A stretch of DNA of 64,000 bases from Actinomycetota bacterium (GTDB lineage Bacteria; Actinomycetota; UBA4738; HRBIN12). Positions 32,969 through 42,248 of the stretch are shown one piece after another. Made by a program: the position numbers and the translations under genes. The number at the start of each line of letters is the position of its first letter. Positions within the stretch are counted from its first letter, which is position 1. Location: positions 8,989-72,988 of the forward strand of contig JBJTIF010000126.1 in the NCBI GenBank assembly GCA_046094825.1. The letters run 5' to 3'. The notes under the pieces were generated by a model that did no database searches, was not told the origin of the DNA, and was given only the letters and a program-made list of their open reading frames with translations.

Positions 32969-33531
32969 TCGCCTTCCTCGAGGGCGCCGTCGTCGACCGA
33001 CGCGAGGACCGCGTCGTCCTCGACGTCGGCGGCGTCGGCTACGAGCTCCTCGTGCCGACGTCGACCGCGGCACGGCTGCCCGCGAACGGCATGACGGCCC
33101 GGCTCCACACGCGGCTCGCCGTCCGCGACGACGCGATGATCCTCTACGGCTTCGCCTCGGGGGAGGAGCGCGCGTCCTTCGACCTCCTCACGACCGTGAG
33201 CGGGGTCGGACCGAAGGTCGCGCTCGCGTTCCTCTCGACGCTCAGCGCCGACGCGCTCCGCCGCGCCGTCGCGTCCGGCGACGTGGCGGCCCTCACCGTC
33301 GTCCCCGGCGTCGGCAAGAAGGTCGCCCAGCGCGTCGTCCTCGATCTGAAGGATCGGTTCGGCGGCGACGGCGTCGCGATCGAAGGACCGCTCGCCGACG
33401 TGCGCGACGCGCTCCTGGCCCTCGGGCTCTCACCGCAGGAGGCGAGCGACGCGATCGGAGCGCTCGAGACGACCGACGCCCCCGCCGAGGCGCTCCTCCG
33501 TGATGCGCTCCGCGCGGTCGGACGGGGCTAG
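32965..33531 (+). CDS. ruvA: Holliday junction branch migration protein RuvA
   Basis: OB domain followed by HhH motifs (VSGVGPKVA, VPGVGKKVA). GTG overlaps the ruvC stop. Confidence 0.85.
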   Translation: MIAFLEGAVVDRREDRVVLDVGGVGYELLVPTSTAARLPANGMTARLHTRLAVRDDAMILYGFASGEERASFDLLTTVSGVGPKVALAFLSTLSADALRRAVASGDVAALTVVPGVGKKVAQRVVLDLKDRFGGDGVAIEGPLADVRDALLALGLSPQEASDAIGALETTDAPAEALLRDALRAVGRG

Positions 33532-33540
33532 GCTGGCGAC

Positions 33541-34554
33541 GTGACGGACGAACGGATCGTCGACGCGGAGGTCCCCGAAGAGGAACGCGCCTTCGACGCG
33601 GCGCTGCGGCCGCGGAGCCTCGCGGAGTTCGTCGGACAGGAGCGCATCAAGGAACAGCTCGGGCTCCTCATCGACGGCGCCCGTGCGCGGGGCGAGACGC
33701 TCGACCACCTCCTCTTCGCGGGTCCGCCCGGGCTCGGCAAGACGACGCTCGCCGGCATCGTCGCGAACGAGCTCGGCGCCGGGTTCCAGCCGACCTCGGG
33801 CCCGGCGCTCGACCGACCCGGCGACCTCGCCGCGATCCTCACGAACCTCCAGGAGGGCGACGTCCTGTTCGTCGACGAGATCCACCGCATGCCTCGGCCC
33901 GTCGAGGAGGTCCTCTACCCGGCGCTCGAGGACTTCCAGCTCGACGTCGTGCTCGGCAAGGGCCCGAGCGCCCGGTCGCTGCGGCTCGACCTCCCGCGCT
34001 TCACGCTCGTCGCCGCGACGACGCGTCCCGGCCGCATCACGCTCCCGCTCCGCGAGCGGTTCGGGTTCTCGCCGCGGCTCGACTACTACACCCCCGATGA
34101 ACTCGCGCTCGTCGTGCGACGGTCGGCAGGCATCCTCGGCGTCGACATCGAGCCCGCCGGTGCCGCGGAGATCGCCCGTCGGTCCCGCGGGACGCCCCGT
34201 ATCGCGAACCGGCTGCTGCGGCGTGTCCGCGACGTCGCCCAGGTGCGCCACGACGGCGCCATCACCGAGGCGATCGCTCGCGACGGGCTCGCGGTCTTCG
34301 AGGTCGACGAGGAGGGCCTCGACCGCCTCGACCTCGCGATCATCGGGGCGATCGTCCGGAAGTTCGGCGGCGGTCCCGTCGGGCTCTCGACGCTCGCCGC
34401 GGCGGTCGGGGAGGAGTCCGACACGATCGAGGACGTCGTCGAGCCCTTCCTGCTCCAGCTCGGGTTCCTCCAGCGGACGCCGCGGGGTCGCGTCGCCACC
34501 GAGCGCGCGTGGCGCCACCTCGGCGAACGTATCGAGGGGGCCCTGCCGATCTGA
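33541..34554 (+). CDS. ruvB: Holliday junction branch migration ATPase RuvB
   Basis: AAA+ Walker [10 protein letters not shown], Walker B DEIHR and sensor motifs. Confidence 0.9.
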   Translation: MTDERIVDAEVPEEERAFDAALRPRSLAEFVGQERIKEQLGLLIDGARARGETLDHLLFAGPPGLGKTTLAGIVANELGAGFQPTSGPALDRPGDLAAILTNLQEGDVLFVDEIHRMPRPVEEVLYPALEDFQLDVVLGKGPSARSLRLDLPRFTLVAATTRPGRITLPLRERFGFSPRLDYYTPDELALVVRRSAGILGVDIEPAGAAEIARRSRGTPRIANRLLRRVRDVAQVRHDGAITEAIARDGLAVFEVDEEGLDRLDLAIIGAIVRKFGGGPVGLSTLAAAVGEESDTIEDVVEPFLLQLGFLQRTPRGRVATERAWRHLGERIEGALPI

Positions 34555-34615
34555 GCGCGGGCGGGACGGCTCGGGCCGGCCTGTATGCTTCCGCACCGTG
34601 CTCCGGAGAGGAACC

Positions 34616-34924
34616 ATGGACCTGCTCGCCCAGGCGTCGACCGGCTCGGGACTCGAGAGCCTCCTCATCCCCGCGATCCTCATCGTCGGGATGTACGTCC
34701 TGCTCATCCGGCCCCAGCGTGCCCGCCAGCGTGCGCAGCAGGCGATGCTCGACGATCTCGCGGTCGGCGACGAGGTGATGACCGCGGGCGGGCTCTTCGG
34801 ACGCGTGACGCGGATCGACGCGGAGTCGGGTCGCGTCACCCTCCGCATCGCCGCCGGCGTCGAGGTCGAGGTGCTCCGCATCGCGGTCCGCGAGCGGATC
34901 GCCCCGCTCACGCCGGAACCGTGA
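34616..34924 (+). CDS. yajC: Preprotein translocase subunit YajC
   Basis: Single TM segment with the YajC motif LIRPQRAR...GDEVMTAGGLFGRV. Confidence 0.8.
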   Translation: MDLLAQASTGSGLESLLIPAILIVGMYVLLIRPQRARQRAQQAMLDDLAVGDEVMTAGGLFGRVTRIDAESGRVTLRIAAGVEVEVLRIAVRERIAPLTPEP

Positions 34925-35634
34925 CCGATCGGCATCCGCATCCCGCGGAGGGGGTCCCCGGCTCCGCCGAGCCCACCGCGATCACCCTCGCCGACGTCCA
35001 GGCGAACCCCGAACTCTCGACGTTCATCGCCGCGGCGGACCGCGTCATGGAGGGCCTCGGCTACACGGAGCACGGGTTCCGGCACGCGAACCTCACCGCG
35101 AAGATCGCGTACAACGTCCTCACGCGCCTCGGGTTCGACGAGCACGAGGCGAATATCGCGTGCGTGTCGGGCTACCTCCACGACGTCGGGAACATGGTGT
35201 CGCGCGAGCTCCACGGCCAGACCGGGGCGATCCTCGTCTACGAGGCGCTCCGCGGTCAGGTCCCGGGGACCGACCTCGCGACGATCGTCGGAGCCATCGC
35301 GAACCACGAGGAGCCCAACGGCGCCCAGATCTCCGTCGCGGCGGCCGCGGTCATCCTCGCGGACAAGTCGGACGTCCACCGGAGCCGGGTCCGCCGCCAG
35401 GACCAGGAGGACTTCGACATCCACGACCGGGTGAACCTCGCGGCCGAACAGTCCTTCCTGCGGGTAGACTCCGCCGCCAAGACCCTCACGCTCGAACTCA
35501 CGATCGCCACCGACATCAGCACCGTGATGAACTACTTCGAGATCTTCCTCGGCCGCATGCAGATGTGCCGAACCGCTGCCCAGACCCTCGGCAGCCGGTT
35601 CCGCCTGACGATCAACGGCGCGGAGCTCGCATGA
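34921..35634 (+). CDS. HD-domain phosphohydrolase
   Basis: HD motif present (FRHAN...LHDVGN). GTG overlaps the yajC stop and the gene's stop overlaps the secD ATG. Confidence 0.7.
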   Translation: MTDRHPHPAEGVPGSAEPTAITLADVQANPELSTFIAAADRVMEGLGYTEHGFRHANLTAKIAYNVLTRLGFDEHEANIACVSGYLHDVGNMVSRELHGQTGAILVYEALRGQVPGTDLATIVGAIANHEEPNGAQISVAAAAVILADKSDVHRSRVRRQDQEDFDIHDRVNLAAEQSFLRVDSAAKTLTLELTIATDISTVMNYFEIFLGRMQMCRTAAQTLGSRFRLTINGAELA

Positions 35635-37643
35635 GGACCCGCCGGCTCTGGGCGTCGATCATCGTCGTCGCGACGCTCGTCGCGGGCGCGATCGCCTCGT
35701 GGGTCGTCGGCGTGCGTCCGGTGCTCGGGCTCGACCTCGAGGGCGGGGTCTCCGTGATCCTCACGGCGCCGCAGGACACGCCGCCGGACGTCATGGAGCG
35801 CGCGCTCGAGAACATCCGTCGGCGGATCGACGCGTTCGGCACCGCGGAGCCGCAGCTCTTCGTCTCCGGGACGAGCATCGAGGTGCAGATCCCGGGGCTC
35901 GCACGCGGCAGCGTCGAGGAACGCGCGATCGCGCGGTCGTGCGTCCGCGACGCGGGCGGCGCGTCGTGGGGCTGCTTCGACACCGAGGGCGAGGCCACGA
36001 CGGCGCTCGACGGCACGGTCGTCGCGCCCGTGGTCCGCCAGGTGTGCCTGACCGGCGACGTGTGGGGCGGCCAGGCGCCGTGCTTCCCCTCGGTCGACGC
36101 CGCGCAGACGGCGCTCGACGGCATCGCGATCGCGGCCGGCGACGCCGCGTCGCCCTCGCCGACCGGGACGGGACCCGCGCCCGCGACGACCGTGTGCCTC
36201 GACGGCACCGGGCTCGCGGAGGCGCCGTGCTTCGCGAGCCGCGAGGAGGCGCAGGCGGCGCTCGACGCGATCGCCCTCGGCGAGCCGGACGAGGAGTTCT
36301 GCCTCCAGCGCGACGGGGCGACGATCGAGGCCGACGGCGTCGTGCCCTGCGCGGCGACCGCGGATGCGGCCGATGCGGTCCTCGCGGGGCTCTCCGTCGT
36401 GACGGAGACCCGTGAGTTCTGCGTCGTGAGCTCGGCCGGTCGCGACCTCGGCTGCTTCGGGTCCCAGGCCGACGCGGACGCGAAGCTCCAGGCGACCGGA
36501 CAGGAGCGCCTCCTCGAGGTCATCGGGACGACCGCGCGGCTCGAGCAACGCGAGGTCCTCGGCATCTACGCCCCGGGCGACCCGACGTACGACGCGACCC
36601 CCCTCACGTGCGCGACGGACGCCGAACGGGCGACCGACGCCTGCTCGCCGGAGGCGCTCGCCGACCAGGAGGTCGTCTACGCGGGGCAGGGCGACGCCGC
36701 GGTGAAGTACGTGCTCGGTCCGCAGGCGCTCACCGGGGACGCGATCCGCCGCGCGACCGCCGTGTTCGGCACGGGCGGGACGGACGGCACCGGCGCGACC
36801 GGGTGGCAGATCGACTTCGAACTCACCTCCGCGGGCTCGGACGCGTTCGGCGAGCTCACGCAGCGCCTCATCGGCAAGCAGCTCGCGATCGTCGTCGACG
36901 AGGTCGTGATCTCCGCGCCGACGGTCCAGAGCGCGATCACCGGCGGCTCGGGCGTCATCACGGGGGCGTTCACCGAGCAGGAGGCTCGCGACCTCGCGAC
37001 GCAGCTGAACGCGGGGGCGCTCCCCGTCGCCCTCACGACCGAGCAGGTCCTCACCGTCAGCCCGACGCTCGGCAAGGAGTCGCTCGACCAGGGACTCCTC
37101 GCGGCGATCGCGGGGCTTGTCGCGCTCGCGCTCTACCTCCTCTTCTACTACCGGCTCCTCGGCATCGTCGCGTGGTTCGGGATGTCGATCTGGGCGCTCC
37201 TCGCCGTCGCGCTCGTGTCGCTCGCGGGGACGGCGATCGGCTACAGCCTCACGCTCGCCGGCGTCGCGGGGCTCGTCATCTCGCTCGGGGTGACCGCCGA
37301 CTCCTACATCGTCTTCTTCGAACGCCTGAAGGACGAGGTGCGCGCGGGTCGGACGCCGCGGGCCGCGGTCCAGCCGGCGTTCAAGCGCGCGTACCGCACG
37401 ATCGTCGCGGCGGACGTCGTGACCGGGCTCGCCGCGATCGTGCTCTACGTGACGGCGATCAGCTCCGTACGCGGCTTCGCCCTCACCCTCGGCGTCGCGA
37501 CCCTCCTCGACCTCTTCGTCGTGTACTTCTTCAAGCGTCCGACGGTCTTCCTCATCGCGCGGAGCGACCGGCTCGTGAACCTCCCCGGCTTCGGCCTCAC
37601 GAGCGGGGTCGCCGCGGAGCCCCTCCCGGGGGAGGGCCGATGA
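35631..37643 (+). CDS. secD: Protein translocase subunit SecD (670 aa) with an atypical Cys-repeat insertion in periplasmic domain P1
   Basis: TM1 and LGLDLEGG are followed by six TM helices at the C-terminus (RND-like). The insert is described under the repeat feature. Confidence 0.85.
   Translation: MRTRRLWASIIVVATLVAGAIASWVVGVRPVLGLDLEGGVSVILTAPQDTPPDVMERALENIRRRIDAFGTAEPQLFVSGTSIEVQIPGLARGSVEERAIARSCVRDAGGASWGCFDTEGEATTALDGTVVAPVVRQVCLTGDVWGGQAPCFPSVDAAQTALDGIAIAAGDAASPSPTGTGPAPATTVCLDGTGLAEAPCFASREEAQAALDAIALGEPDEEFCLQRDGATIEADGVVPCAATADAADAVLAGLSVVTETREFCVVSSAGRDLGCFGSQADADAKLQATGQERLLEVIGTTARLEQREVLGIYAPGDPTYDATPLTCATDAERATDACSPEALADQEVVYAGQGDAAVKYVLGPQALTGDAIRRATAVFGTGGTDGTGATGWQIDFELTSAGSDAFGELTQRLIGKQLAIVVDEVVISAPTVQSAITGGSGVITGAFTEQEARDLATQLNAGALPVALTTEQVLTVSPTLGKESLDQGLLAAIAGLVALALYLLFYYRLLGIVAWFGMSIWALLAVALVSLAGTAIGYSLTLAGVAGLVISLGVTADSYIVFFERLKDEVRAGRTPRAAVQPAFKRAYRTIVAADVVTGLAAIVLYVTAISSVRGFALTLGVATLLDLFVVYFFKRPTVFLIARSDRLVNLPGFGLTSGVAAEPLPGEGR
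35937..36665 (+). repeat. Six tandem ~30-40 aa Cys-pair modules inside secD (protein-level repeat; DNA motif gcgctcgacgg recurs)
   Basis: Each module follows C-x(10-15)-C-[FA]-x-[ST]-x-[DE]-A-x2-A-L-D; the six module sequences are given in the findings. Confidence 0.5.
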
Positions 37644-38731
37644 ACCTCGAACGCGCCATCTCGACGTTCCGGGGGCACACCGTCCCGCACTTCCGGATCG
37701 TCCAGCAGCGCCGCCGGTGGGCGATCGCGTCGGGGATCGTGATCCTGCTCTCCTTGGCGGGGTTCCTCGTGCGCGGCATCAACCTCTCGATCGAGTTCAC
37801 GGGCGGGACGCAGCTCCTCTACGAGAACCCGTCGGGTGCGACCGTCGATGCCATCCGCGGCACGCTCGCCGCCGAACCCTTCGCCCGCGAGGCGGCGGAG
37901 ATCCAGTCGGTCGGCAGCGGCGGGGTGTCCGTCCGCACGACCTCGCTCACCGACCTCACCCCGGACGAGCGGACGGCGCTCATCGCGGCGCTCGCGGACC
38001 AGGCCGGGATCGAGCCGGAGGCGATCAGCCAGCAGGTCGTCGGGCCGACGTGGGGCGCGCAGATCTCGCGCCAAGCCCTCATCGGGCTCATCGTCGTCCT
38101 CCTCGCGATCACCCTCTACATCACGCTGCGCTTCGAGTGGAAGATGGCGATCGGCGCGATGGTCGCGCTCCTCCACGACGTCGTGATCACGGGGGGCATC
38201 TACGCCCTCTCGGGTCGCGAGGTCGCACCGGCGACGGTCATCGCGATCCTCACGATCCTCGGGTTCTCGCTCTACGACACCGTCGTCATCTACGACAAGG
38301 TCAAGGAGAACGCGGACAACCCCGCGATGCTCGGGCGGGCGACGTACGAAGAGGTCGCGAACACCTCGATGAACCAGGTGTTCATGCGCTCGGTGAACAC
38401 GTCCCTCGTCGTCATCCTGCCGATCATCTCGCTCCTGTTCTTCGGCGGCGCGACCCTGAAGGACTTCGCGCTCGCGATGCTCATCGGGACGACGACGGGC
38501 GCGTACTCATCGATCTTCATCGCCACGCCGCTCCTCGTCGTCCTGAAGGAACGAGAGCCGAAGATGACGATGCTCCGTCACCGCCTCGAGCGCGAGGGCC
38601 AGCGTCACCGCGACGACGCCGCGCCGGTCGCTGCGGTCGCGACGGCGCCGGTCGCCGCGGTGCTCCCGTCCGCCGGCGCGACCTCGCCGCGACCCCGACG
38701 CACGAAGCCGAAGCGGAAGCGCCGCCGCTGA
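37640..38731 (+). CDS. secF: Protein translocase subunit SecF
   Basis: Six TM helices and a SecF-type periplasmic domain. The ATG overlaps the secD stop. Confidence 0.85.
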   Translation: MNLERAISTFRGHTVPHFRIVQQRRRWAIASGIVILLSLAGFLVRGINLSIEFTGGTQLLYENPSGATVDAIRGTLAAEPFAREAAEIQSVGSGGVSVRTTSLTDLTPDERTALIAALADQAGIEPEAISQQVVGPTWGAQISRQALIGLIVVLLAITLYITLRFEWKMAIGAMVALLHDVVITGGIYALSGREVAPATVIAILTILGFSLYDTVVIYDKVKENADNPAMLGRATYEEVANTSMNQVFMRSVNTSLVVILPIISLLFFGGATLKDFALAMLIGTTTGAYSSIFIATPLLVVLKEREPKMTMLRHRLEREGQRHRDDAAPVAAVATAPVAAVLPSAGATSPRPRRTKPKRKRRR

Positions 38732-39252
38732 TGGACATCCCCCAGCTCCGGGCGCTCGTCCGCGACGTCCCCGACTTCCCGAAGCCGGGCATCGTCTTCA
38801 AGGACATCACGCCGCTCCTCGCAGATCCGCTCGCGTTCTCGACGGTCATCGACCTCATCGTCGTCCACTTCGGTCGCGGCAACGTCGACAAGGTGGTCGG
38901 GATCGAGGCGAGGGGGTTCATCCTCGCCTCGCCGGGCGCCTACCACTTCGGCGCGGGCTGCGTGCCGGTCCGCAAGGCGGGGAAGCTCCCCGCCGCCACC
39001 GCGGCCGAGGCGTACGCGCTCGAGTACGGCGACGCCACTCTCGAGATCCACACCGATACGATCCTGCCGGGGGAGCGCGTCCTCATCGTCGACGACGTCC
39101 TCGCGACCGGCGGGACGGCGCGCGCGGCCGCGAACCTCGTCGAGCGCGTCGGCGGCCGCGTCGTCGGCATCGCGTGCCTCATCGAGCTCGGGTTCCTCGG
39201 CGGCCGCGCGACGGTCGGCGACCACGACGTCTTCTCGCTCCTCGACTACTGA
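38731..39252 (+). CDS. apt: Adenine phosphoribosyltransferase
   Basis: PRTase motif VLIVDDVLATGGT. The ATG overlaps the secF stop. Confidence 0.85.
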   Translation: MDIPQLRALVRDVPDFPKPGIVFKDITPLLADPLAFSTVIDLIVVHFGRGNVDKVVGIEARGFILASPGAYHFGAGCVPVRKAGKLPAATAAEAYALEYGDATLEIHTDTILPGERVLIVDDVLATGGTARAAANLVERVGGRVVGIACLIELGFLGGRATVGDHDVFSLLDY

Positions 39253-39312
39253 GCGCCGTCCCGCCCGGGCGGCGGGGGACCCGCCGCTACACTGGGGCGC
39301 AGGAGGGAGCCG

Positions 39313-41559
39313 TTGGAGAGCCGGGAGCCTGCGCGCAGCGAACGCCGGGGCGGCCTCCTCGCGCGGCGCCGGGGTGACCAGGCCCCCGCACGGGCCTCGT
39401 TCGACGGGCTCCTCCAGGCGCTGAAGGCCCGCAATCCCCGCGGCGACCTCGTCCGCGTCCAGCAGGCCTACGACCTCGCGGACGCCGCCCACGCCGGCCA
39501 GCGGCGGATGTCCGGCGAGGACTACATCGAACACCCGATCGCGGTCGCCCGGATCGTCGCCGAGCTCGGCCTCGATACGACCGCCGTCCTCGCGGCGCTC
39601 CTCCACGACACCGTCGAGGACACGCCGCTCACGCTCGAGGAGATCCGGGAAGCCTTCGGCGACGAGGTCCGCGTCCTCGTCGGCGGCCTCACGAAGCTCG
39701 ATGGGATCGCGTTCCGCACCCGCGAGCATGAGCAGGCGGAGAACGTCCGGAAGATGATGGTCGCGATGGCGGGGGACATCCGCGTCCTCCTCATCAAGCT
39801 CGCCGACCGGCTCCACAACATGCGCACGCTCGGTGCGCTCGAACCGCCCCGCCAGGAACGGATCGCCCGCGAGACGCTCGCGATCTACGCGCCGCTCGCC
39901 GACCGGCTCGGGGTCCAGCAGTGGAAGTGGGAGCTCGAGGACCTCGCGTTCAAGACGCTCCACCCCGGTCCGTACCGGGAGATCGCGCACCTCGTGGAAC
40001 GCCGCCGCGAGGAGCGCCAGGAGTACGTCGACGGCCTCCTCGGCGCGATCCGCCAGCGGCTCCGCGAGGCGGGCATCAAGGCCGAGATCGACGGGCGACC
40101 GAAGCACCTGTACTCGATCTACGAGAAGATGGTGATCGGCGGCAAGGAGTTCGACGAGATCTACGACCTCGCCGGCGTCCGCGTCCTCGTCGCCACGACC
40201 CGCGACGCCTACGGTGCGCTCGGCGCCGTCCACGCCCTGTGGAAGCCCGTCCCCGGACGGTTCAAGGACTACGTCGCGATGCCGAAGGAGAACATGTACC
40301 AGTCGCTCCACACGACGGTCGTCGGTCCCGGAGGGCGCCCGCTCGAGGTGCAGATCCGGACGCACGAGATGCACCGGACGGCCGAGTACGGCATCGCCGC
40401 GCACTGGCGCTACAAGGAGGGGCGCGATGGCCGACGGTCGAAGGACGCCGCCGACCTCACGTGGCTGCGGCAGATGCTCGAGTGGCTCCAGGACGCGGCC
40501 GATCCGACCGACGTCATGGAGGGGCTGCGCATCGACCTCTACGGCGGCCAGGTGTTCGTCTTCACGCCGAAGGGCGACGTCGTGAACCTCCCCGACGGGG
40601 CGACGCCGGTCGACTTCGCGTACACGATCCACACGGAGGTCGGGCACCGGACGATGGGGGCGAAGGTGAACGGTCGCCTCGTGCCGCTCGACTACCAGCT
40701 CCGCACCGGCGACACCGTCGAGGTGCTCACATCGCGCTCGGTCGACGAGGGGCCCTCGCAGGACTGGCTCGGGTTCGTCGTCTCCCCGCGGGCGCGGACG
40801 AAGATCCGCCAGTGGTTCAGCCGCGAGCGGCGCGAGGACGCGCTCGAGGAGGGGCGCGACGCGCTCCAGCGCCTCCTGCGCAAGCAGCACCTCCCCGTGC
40901 GCCGGCTCGCGACCGACGCCGCACTGCGGACGGTCGCCGCCGACCTCGGGTTCCCCGACGTCGACGCGCTCCACATCGCGGTCGGCGAGGGCGCGGTCTC
41001 GCCGCAGTCGGTCCTCGCGCGGATGACGCGCGATGCGAACGAGACCGCGGAGGAGGAGACCGCCGAGGTTCCGCTCGCTCGGCCCGTCGACCTCGAGCGC
41101 ACGCGCGGGACCTCGAGCGTCGTCGTCCCCGGCGACGAGGACGTGTGGGTGCGCCTCGCGCGCTGCTGCACGCCCGTGCCCGGCGACGAGATCCTCGGGT
41201 TCGTCACCCGCGGGGCCGGCGTCTCGGTCCACCGCACCGACTGCCCGAACGCCGTCGCGCTCCGCGGGCAGCCCGAGCGCCTCATGCCGGTGTCCTGGCG
41301 GGCCGGGCGATCGACGTCCTTCGTCGTCGCGGTCGCGGTCGAGGCGCTCGACCGGACCCGGCTGCTCTCCGACGTCGCGATGGCCCTGTCGGACCACCAC
41401 GTGAACATCCTGTCGGCGACCTCGACCGTCCGCAAGGACCGGACGACGACCCTGCGGTTCACCTTCGAGCTCGCCGACATCGCGCACCTCGCCGGCCTCC
41501 TCGCGGCGGTGCGCAAGGTGGACAACGTGTACGACGCGTACCGCATCGTGCCCCGCTGA
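39313..41559 (+). CDS. relA: Bifunctional (p)ppGpp synthetase/hydrolase Rel (RelA/SpoT); TTG start uncertain
   Basis: HD hydrolase domain (HDTVEDT), synthetase domain, and TGS and ACT domains. Confidence 0.85.
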   Translation: MESREPARSERRGGLLARRRGDQAPARASFDGLLQALKARNPRGDLVRVQQAYDLADAAHAGQRRMSGEDYIEHPIAVARIVAELGLDTTAVLAALLHDTVEDTPLTLEEIREAFGDEVRVLVGGLTKLDGIAFRTREHEQAENVRKMMVAMAGDIRVLLIKLADRLHNMRTLGALEPPRQERIARETLAIYAPLADRLGVQQWKWELEDLAFKTLHPGPYREIAHLVERRREERQEYVDGLLGAIRQRLREAGIKAEIDGRPKHLYSIYEKMVIGGKEFDEIYDLAGVRVLVATTRDAYGALGAVHALWKPVPGRFKDYVAMPKENMYQSLHTTVVGPGGRPLEVQIRTHEMHRTAEYGIAAHWRYKEGRDGRRSKDAADLTWLRQMLEWLQDAADPTDVMEGLRIDLYGGQVFVFTPKGDVVNLPDGATPVDFAYTIHTEVGHRTMGAKVNGRLVPLDYQLRTGDTVEVLTSRSVDEGPSQDWLGFVVSPRARTKIRQWFSRERREDALEEGRDALQRLLRKQHLPVRRLATDAALRTVAADLGFPDVDALHIAVGEGAVSPQSVLARMTRDANETAEEETAEVPLARPVDLERTRGTSSVVVPGDEDVWVRLARCCTPVPGDEILGFVTRGAGVSVHRTDCPNAVALRGQPERLMPVSWRAGRSTSFVVAVAVEALDRTRLLSDVAMALSDHHVNILSATSTVRKDRTTTLRFTFELADIAHLAGLLAAVRKVDNVYDAYRIVPR

Positions 41560-41630
41560 GGACCGGCGCGCCGGCCGCGGGTCGGCGGGTCCCCGGGCGG
41601 CACGGGGCCCCGCGATACGATGCCCGCCTC

Positions 41631-42248
41631 ATGTGGATCGACGTGTTCTCCGACAACTCCTTCGAGACGAACTGCTGGCTCATCGCGGCCGAGGGGAGCG
41701 ACGACGCGGTCGTCGTCGACCCCGGCTTCTCGCCCGCCCGGGTCCGCCGGATGCTCGAGGCCGAGGGGAAGCGCCCGGTCGCCGTGCTCGCGACCCACGG
41801 TCACTTCGACCACGTCGGGGCGGCGGCGGAGTTCTGCGGGGAGGACCTCCCGTTCCACATCCACGAAGCGGATGCCCCGGCGCTCATCGACCCCGCCGCG
41901 TGGGGGGCGGGCTACGAGACGCCGCCGGTCCCGGTCCGGGAGGTCCGCACGGTCGTGGACGGCGACGTCCTCACGTTCGCGGGCTTCCGGATCGAGGTCG
42001 TCCACACGCCGGGCCACACGCCGGGGTCGGTCCTGTACCGGACGGACGGCTGGGTCCTCTCCGGCGACGTCGTGTTCGCCGGTGCGATCGGCCGCAGCGA
42101 CTTCCCGAACTCCTCGGCGAGCGCGATGGACGCGAGCCTCGCGCGCTTCCTCGAGCTCCCCGACCCGTTGCCGGTGCTCCCCGGACACGGCCCGCGGACG
42201 ACGGTCGGTCGCGAGCGCACGTCGAACCCGTACCTGCGGGGCCGTTGA
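41631..42248 (+). CDS. MBL-fold metallo-hydrolase (glyoxalase II-like)
   Basis: Metallo-beta-lactamase motifs THGHFDH, HTPGHTPG and PGHG. Confidence 0.75.
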   Translation: MWIDVFSDNSFETNCWLIAAEGSDDAVVVDPGFSPARVRRMLEAEGKRPVAVLATHGHFDHVGAAAEFCGEDLPFHIHEADAPALIDPAAWGAGYETPPVPVREVRTVVDGDVLTFAGFRIEVVHTPGHTPGSVLYRTDGWVLSGDVVFAGAIGRSDFPNSSASAMDASLARFLELPDPLPVLPGHGPRTTVGRERTSNPYLRGR

